Source of the DNA: the human T2T-CHM13v2.0 reference genome, Homo sapiens
Strand: one strand, 5' to 3'
DNA: 64,000 nucleotides
Assembly (NCBI RefSeq): GCF_009914755.1
Contig: NC_060925.1
Part shown: piece by piece, positions 55,674 through 64,000 of the stretch
Position numbering within the stretch: the first letter of the stretch is position 1
How the letters are laid out: every line of letters starts with the position of its first letter
The notes under the pieces: model-generated
Databases searched by the model: none
The model's input: only the letters and a program-made list of their open reading frames with translations
What the model was told of the DNA's origin: nothing
Translations under genes and position numbers: made by a program

Positions 55674-56036
55674 CAATGATGGACTGATCGCATATAAAAC
55701 AGGGGTCCCATGAGATTTTAATGGAGCTGAAAAATTCCTATCACCTAGTGACATGGTAGCTGTGATCTGTCATCATGTCATAACACAATACGTTACATTT
55801 TCTTTCTACGTTAAGATATGTTTAAATACACAAACACCTACCACTGTGTTACAACTGCATACAGTATTCAGTACAGTAGCATGCTATACAGGTTTGTAGC
55901 CTAGGAGCAATAGACTATACCATGTAGCCTAGGTGTGTAGTTGGCTACACCATCTAGATTTGTGTAAGTACACACTATGATGTTCACACAACAAAATTGC
56001 CTAACATATTCCCGTTGTTATGCAACATGTGACTGC
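55674..56036. mobile_element. Tigger3a (MER7)-like element
   Basis: aatggagctgaaaaattcctatcacctagtgac...gtttgtagcctaggagcaatag. Confidence 0.85.
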
Positions 56037-56658
56037 AACTAGCTATGAGGACTATGCTTTCCTAATAAAAATAGGAATTATAATACCCAAGATGATCTAC
56101 ATATAAATAGGTAATAGGAAATGGAGACCATCCCCCCTCAAATCATTTTTGCTCTTTTTTTCATTTTCCCTCGTTTTATAGTTAGATGTATACATAGTAT
56201 CCAAACATTACGGCCCAGGAGTCAGGCCTAAGTCAGAATCCCATTACTATCACACTTACCTAAGCCAGTATTCCAATACCAGCACAGTGCTTTCTACAGA
56301 GCAAGTGCTTAATAAATACTTGTTAAATAAATGAATGAATGAACAACTAAGCAAATTCAAATCAGTCCATTCTGGGCTGATCAGCAACTCTGGTGAAAGG
56401 ACAGAGACTGAAGTGGAAGATGGTTAGTTTATTTATTTGTGTTCGTTTGCTTTTAAGGTAGGCAGTTTACCTGTCGTACTCTTGTTTAGAAAATTAAATT
56501 TGTTTAATAACCAAACAACATTACTTTTTCAGGGAAATAACATTGACTTTTCTTCTTAGTAAGAAGCTAACATATGATTATGGTAGAAAGTGCAGACAAA
56601 AAAAAAGGAAGAAAATAAATTACTGGTCATACCAGCATCTGGAGATAATCTTTTTATT

Positions 56659-56947
<289 letters not shown>

Positions 56948-57078
56948 TTATTATCTTTTTTCTAGGCATATAGGTGAATTTTTTTTTTACCTCCTGTTTG
57001 TTGCCTCCTGTTTTCATCTCATATCATATAATGAATGTCCTTCTAAATTATTATACGTCTTTCTCTAACATATTTCTT

Positions 57079-57449
<371 letters not shown>

Positions 57450-57683
57450 TAAAGTGAGTTTTTAAATAAATATTATTTTTTATCCACATTATTCCTGTCC
57501 CATCTCATCATCAGCCAGAAAAACTATGAATCAGAAATAATATAGAAGGAAACAGTAAGTAAATTCAAAGGATCTACCAAAGCACTTTTACCTTTCCTTC
57601 ACTGTCATAAGCACCATGGCAATGAGTAACACGCATGGCAGAAACAGTCCTGAAAACAAGAAAGACATAGAAACTTAGAATGT

Positions 57684-57985
57684 GGCCGGGAGCGGTGGCT
57701 CACGCCTGTAATCCCAGCACTTTGGGATGCTGAGGTGGGGGGATCATCTGAGGTCAGGAGTTTGAGACTAGCCTGGCCAAGATGGCAAAACCCCATCTCC
57801 ACTAGAAATACAAAAACTAGCCAGGGATGGTGGCAGGCACATGTAATCCCAGCTACTCGGGAGGCTGAAGCAAGAGAATCCCTTGAGCCCGGGAGGCAGA
57901 GGTTGCATTAAGCCAAGATGGCACCACTGCACTCCAGCCTGGACGACAGAGCGAGACTCTGTCTCAAAATAAATAAATAAATAAA
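57684..57985 (+). mobile_element. AluS SINE
   Basis: (AAAT)n tail; TSD aaac(t/c)tagaatg. Confidence 0.96.
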
Positions 57986-59394
57986 CCTAGAATGCCCACA
58001 AATAAGATATTTTAAGATGTATCTAGAAAGAAATAAACCTGGATCATGTAGCCAGGGAGAAAAAATTTCCCCCTTGGGAAGCTGCACAGGAAAAGTGCTC
58101 GAGGATGGGATGTACGTAAACAGTTCAGATGGTCCATAGAAAGTTAACTCAGAAGCTGCAGGAAATGAATGGGCAGAGACATAAAGCAAAAAATAAGTAA
58201 GGCTTGAAGAATAAAGAACTCTGCTACTGCCTAGCTAAAAGGGACTTTTAGGTGGAGGTTAAGGACACTTCATTCTAAATTCCCTGCTTCAGTTCTTCGA
58301 AATTCATGTCTCTATTTTGAACTTTCTTCTTAACTTCAAAGATAGTACAGTCTGTTGAATATAAAGGAAACATCCAATTGAGAAGAACACTACCAAAGAG
58401 AGAGAAGAAGTCAACAGGCAACAGAGCAAGATTACAAATAAGAGGGAGATGAAGTGGAACTGGATGGTCCCGAAGATGTAGTCTCTCACTCTCCCCTGCC
58501 TCTCAGAATATCTCCTATAACCTAATGTATGTACTAAATCAGGAGTCTGGGAACAGCAAGTAATTTCTGAATTTTAGTAAGATTGGAAAGGTGATTTTTA
58601 CTCAACATGGTTCAGTGGCTTAACTAAGATTCAGAGAGTTCCAAGTTCTAGTCTCAGCTCTTTCAATAACGTATTGAAAAAAACCTAAGCCCCTCAGACC
58701 AGCATTCCACATCCTTAATTTACACTTAATTTAAACTTCTCAACTTCGTTATTCCTTCAATGTCATTCATCCAGTGAAATATGTCCACTCCATCCAAGCC
58801 AATCTCACTTCAAATCTTTGAATATATCTTGCTAAAAAAGCCTGCCTCCAAGTACTTACTTATGTAATTCCTTCTTTCTCCCATTTGTTCCTTCAATCAG
58901 ATCAAAATGCACCTGCCACCTCTGCAATGTTCCTTAAATAATCCCCCTCTGTATTGATTATCCAGTTATTCCACTCGTTTTAAAGAACATTGGAAGTGTG
59001 TGGACAAAAAAATAATTAGAAAAGTTTATTCAAACTATCATTAGCATATTGCTCTCAAATTGTTTAATTTGGGCCTTTTTTATTCCTTGATTGGATTGTA
59101 AATTTCCTGAGGAGAGGCACTATGGCATCTAATTTTTTTTTCAAGACAATGGAAAATAGAAAAAAGAAAAAAGGAAGAAAGGGAAAAGAAAGAAAAAAGG
59201 AAAATGGAGAAGGGACAAGAAAAGAAAGTAGAGAAACAAAAGATAAATCTGAGAAGTTCTATTTTCTAACATATAAAATGAAAATAATGACATGGAGCTG
59301 CTTTGTGAAAGTCATATTGACATAAGTAGATCTAATTCTAATGACCAGTCAATTTAAGATTGAAATCAAACTCCCCCAACCCCCGCAGGCTGCT

Positions 59395-59580
59395 TACTTT
59401 TTCTTTTATACACTTATCACCTTTTAACACAGTATATAATTCACTTACTTATTGTTTATATTTTATTATTATCTCTGTACCCCTACCAACTTGAAGCAAG
59501 CTCTATGGTGGCAGGGATCGTCAACTGTTTTCCTCACTGATGTTTCCCTCCAACCCCTGGTAAACTCTCACTGAATGAAG
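59395..59580 (+). mobile_element. L2 3' end
   Basis: cacttatcaccttttaacac...aagctctatggtggcaggga. Confidence 0.7.
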
Positions 59581-60522
59581 AAAGCTCTCTGAAAACATCA
59601 TATATAAGCTCTGGAATTTTCACAAATGCCCACAACAGAGTCACAATGATCAATGGAAAAATACTCCCTCATTAATGCCACATACCAGCATTATCAACCA
59701 CCTAAAAGATGAATGATTTAGACCCCAATTAAACACCATGAAAAGCATATGTTACAGAGAATCAAGCAGAACTCTACAGAGAATGTGGTAAGTGTGGACT
59801 TCAACACAGGCCCCCTAAGGGGGTAGGTGTTAACCAAATGAAATGGTGATAAGGGTAACCGGAGTCCAGTCTGACTTAGGAACCTTAAATGCTCACTCCT
59901 CACTCTTAGTGAAAGCCACAAAGTGCCTATAAAAGGGCCTGGCTGTCTCCAGAAATCTCTCCAGGCAAGTCTCATATTTCCCCCTCCAGAATCTCACTCC
60001 AGGTGGTTGACTTGATATAGGCTCTCTGCTTCCAGCTTAGTTGTCATCCCCTGCCCTGTCTCTTTGGATGAAGCCCTGGATTCAGTAGGCCTATTTTATT
60101 CTAAACTAATTGATTATAGTTTCCCCTGGCTCAACTCCAGTCCCTTGTTTGTTGAGGGGAGAAGTTTATAAAACCTTTAAAAGAGATTTCAGGAAGAAAG
60201 AATATGAAAAACACAGCCTTGCCTCAACCTCAGTAATTGTTTTCAGGGTAGCCAGAACAGTCAAGTCAGCAGGTAGGGATTCAAATACTGGTTCTACCAC
60301 CTCCTATTTGATTGATCTATGAAAAATGCATGACTTTCTCACACTAGGTTTCCTAATCTTCAAAACAGGTGATGGCGTTCAGGACACACCACCCCAAATA
60401 TGGCACCTTGGTATTTGAGAAAACAGCAGAAGCAGGAGGGTCACTCTCCTCTTCTCCCACCTTTCTCCCATGAAACAGGCCATGAAAGAATTATGTGACT
60501 TTCCTTTAAAGTAAGACACAAG

Positions 60523-60867
<345 letters not shown>

Positions 60868-61083
60868 CTATACCCAGAGGAAAGGAATGCTCTTATCGCT
60901 GAAGATATGGAGACACAGAGAAGAATCTGAACAAATGAGCCTTGCTAAGTTCCCCCAGTTTATTACAATTATATCATAGTCTTTGTCCTCCAATCATACT
61001 GCATGGCTGTCCATAAAAATACAGTTTTCCCAGTTTCTTTGGGTCTTCATTTCTGAAAGCAGCCATGTCACATAAAACTTATA

Positions 61084-63435
61084 CAGGCATGCCTCGGAGA
61101 TAGTGTGGGTTTGGTTCCAGATCCCTGCAACAAAGCAAGTGTCACAATAGAGAGTCACAAGATTTTTTGGTTTCCCAGTGCATATAAAAGTTATGTTTAC
61201 ACTATACTGTAATCTATTAAGTATGCTATAACATTATGTCTAAAAAAATGTACAACATACCTTCATTTGAAAATACTTTATTGCTAAAAAATACTAATGA
61301 TCATATAAGCCTTCAGCAAGTCATCGTCTTTCTGCTGTGGAGGGTCTTGTCTTGATGTTGATGGCTGCTAACTGATCAGGGTAGTGGTTGCTGAAGGCTG
61401 AGGTGGTTGTGGCAATTTCTTAAAATAAGACTACAGTGAAGTTTGCCTCATCATTCAACTCTTCTTTCAGGAAAGATTTCTCTGTAGCATGTGATACTGT
61501 TGATAGCATTTTATCTGCAGTAGAACTTCTTTTAAAATTGGAGTTAATCCTCTCAAGACCTGTTGCTGCTCTATCAACTAAGTTTATGGAATATTCTAAA
61601 TCCTTTGTTGCCCTTTCAACAATTTTCACAGCATCTTCACAAGAAATAGACTCCATTCCATCTCAGAAACCACTTTCTTTGCTCATCCATCAGAAGCAAC
61701 TCGTAGTTCATTCAAGTTTTATCATGAGATTGCAGCAATTCAGTCATACCTTCAGGCTCCACTTCTAATTCTACTTCTCTTGCTATTTCTACATCTTCAG
61801 TTCCTTCCTCCACCAAAGTCTTGAACCCCTCTAAGTCATCCATGAGGGTTAGAATCAACTTCTTCCAAACTCTTATTAATGTTGATATTTTGACCTCCTT
61901 TCATGAATCACAAATGTTCTCATGGCATCTAGAATGGTGAATTATTTCCTGAAGGTTTTCAGTTTACTTTGCCCAGATCATCACATGATTCACTATCCAT
62001 GGTAGCTATAACCTTATGAAATGTGTTTCTGAAATCACAAGACTTGAAGGTTGGAAATCACTACATGATTGATAGGCTGCAGAATGGATGTTGTGTTAGC
62101 AGGCATGAACACATTTATCTCCTAGTACATCTCCATCCAAGCTCTTGGGTGACCAGGTGCATTGTCAATGAGCAGTAATCTTTTGAAAGGAATCTTTGTT
62201 TCTGAGCAGTAGGTCTCAACAGGGGGCTTAAAATATTCAGTAAACCACACCATAAACTGATGTGCTGTTATCCAGGATTTATTGTTCCATTTCTAAGAGC
62301 ACAGGCAGAGTAGATTTAGCATAATTCTTAAGGGCCTTAGGATCTTTGGAATGGTAAATGAGCATTGGCTTCAACTTAAGGTCACCAGCTACATTAGCCC
62401 CTAACAAGAGAGTCAGCCTGTCCTTTGAAACTCTGAAGCCAGGTATTGATTTTTCTCTATGAAAGTCCTAGATGACATCTTCTAATAGAAGGCTGTTTCA
62501 TCTACGTTGAAAATCTGTTGTTTAGTGTAGCCACCTTCATCGATTATCTTAGCTAGATCTCCTGGATAACTTGCTGCAGCTTCTACATCATCATTTGCTG
62601 CTTCATCTTGCATTTTTATATTATGGATATGGCTTCTTTCCTTAAGCCTCATTAACCAATCTCTGCTAACTTCCAACTTTCCTTCTGTAGCTTCTTCACC
62701 TCTCTCAGCCTTCATAGAATGGAAAAGAATCAGGGCTTTGCTTTGGATTAGGCTTTGGCTCAAGGGAAGGTTGTGGCTGGTTTGATCTTCTATCAAAACC
62801 ACTCAATTTTTCTGCATATCAACAATAAGCCTGCTTTGGCTGTTTTGCTTTCTTACCATTCTTGTGTTCACTGGAATAGCACTTTTAATTTCTTTGAAGA
62901 ACTTTTCCTTTAAATTCACAACTTGGCTAACTGTTTGGCTCAAAAGACCTAGCTTTTGGCCTATTTTGGCTTTTGACATGCCTTCGTCACTAAGCTTAAC
63001 CATTTCTAACTTTTGACTTAACTTGACTTATCTTGAATGCTTAGAAGCCGCTGTAGGGTTATTAATTGGCCTAATTTCAATATTGTTGTGTGTCAGGAAA
63101 TAAGGAGACCCAAGGAGACAGAGAGATGGGAGAATAGCTAGTTAGTGGAGCAGTCAGAACACACACAATATTTCTTGAATAACTTCACTGTCTTATATGG
63201 GTGCTGTTCATGGACACCAAAATAATTATGATAGTAACATCAAAGACTACTGATCACAGATCACTATAATAGATATAATCATGATGAAAATGTTTGAAAT
63301 ACTGTGAGAATTACCAAAATGTGATATAGAGACATGAAGTGAACACATGCTATTGGAAAAAAAAAATAGGGTTGACACAAACTAATTTTTTTAAAACGCA
63401 GTATCTGTGAAGTGCAATATAATAAAGTATGCCTG
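61084..63435 (-). mobile_element. near full-length Tigger1 (TcMar-Tigger)
   Basis: TIRs caggcat.../...atgcctg with TA duplication; ~2.35 kb. Confidence 0.96.
61420..63003 (-). pseudogene. disrupted Tigger1 pogo/CENP-B-family transposase
   Basis: ORF pieces [19 protein letters not shown] (HTH), [21 protein letters not shown] (DDE start), EDAVKIVE; broken by stops and frameshifts. Confidence 0.92.
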
Positions 63436-63724
63436 TATTAAATAAGTCTGTACGTTTGCTTTTTTTTCTTGTTAATCTGTCTTTTGCTATAGGGGTCTCC
63501 ACCATGAACCTAGCAATGGGTAAGGAAAGAAATCTTTTCTCCACTACACAGGCAAACTTTCTTCTCCGTGTTAGTATGCACACAGGCTCTTTTCTCTCAT
63601 CTCTAGAGCTAGACTAATTTAACTTGAACTTAAAAATGTTGACTCTGTGTGCTACATAACGTATAGTCTCAAAAAGCTGACAATATTCATAAAATATGTT
63701 TATAAGTCCCAAAGAAAATGTTTT

Positions 63725-63835
63725 GGCAAGGTGCAGTGGTTCATGCCTGTAATCCCAGGACTTTAGGAGGCCAAGGTGAGAGGGTCATTTGAGATCAGGA
63801 GTTCAAGACAGCCTGGGTGACATAGCAAGACTCCA
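63725..63835 (+). mobile_element. FLAM / Alu left monomer
   Basis: Single monomer followed by a simple-repeat tail. Confidence 0.85.

Positions 63836-64000
<165 letters not shown>

Noticed and set aside
62482-63003. TIGD1/CENP-B-like coding sequence
   Set aside because: Lies inside a Tigger1 with TIRs and is disrupted by stops and frameshifts

Overview
Primate (human-like) euchromatic DNA: AT-rich, CpG-poor and dense in interspersed repeats (about 19 Alu/FLAM copies or fragments, many MIR and L2 fragments, MaLR/ERV LTRs, hAT-Charlie and Tigger DNA transposons, and L1 fragments). I recognise no protein-coding exon. The only identifiable protein homologies are decayed transposon ORFs: Tigger1 transposase, a CR1 ORF2 fragment and a probable RTE ORF2 fragment. 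Several repeat-free, motif-rich blocks look like enhancers or conserved non-coding elements, and one strong plus a few weaker minus-strand non-coding exons suggest the body of a lncRNA or a large intron. The locus cannot be named from sequence alone. The most unusual structures are: (1) a ~165-bp Penelope-type palindrome carrying a fossil hammerhead-ribozyme core (3037-3197); (2) a tail-to-tail inverted Alu pair with a 6-bp palindromic spacer, shared variants and overlapping TSDs (31528-32147); (3) a template-switch foldback scar (15810-15920); (4) a THE1 LTR whose TSD copies appear to have decayed on opposite strands; (5) a ~100-bp twin-primed L1PA. I found no convincing evidence for a new multi-gene system. 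Repeat subfamily names come from recalled consensus sequences and repeat boundaries are approximate.
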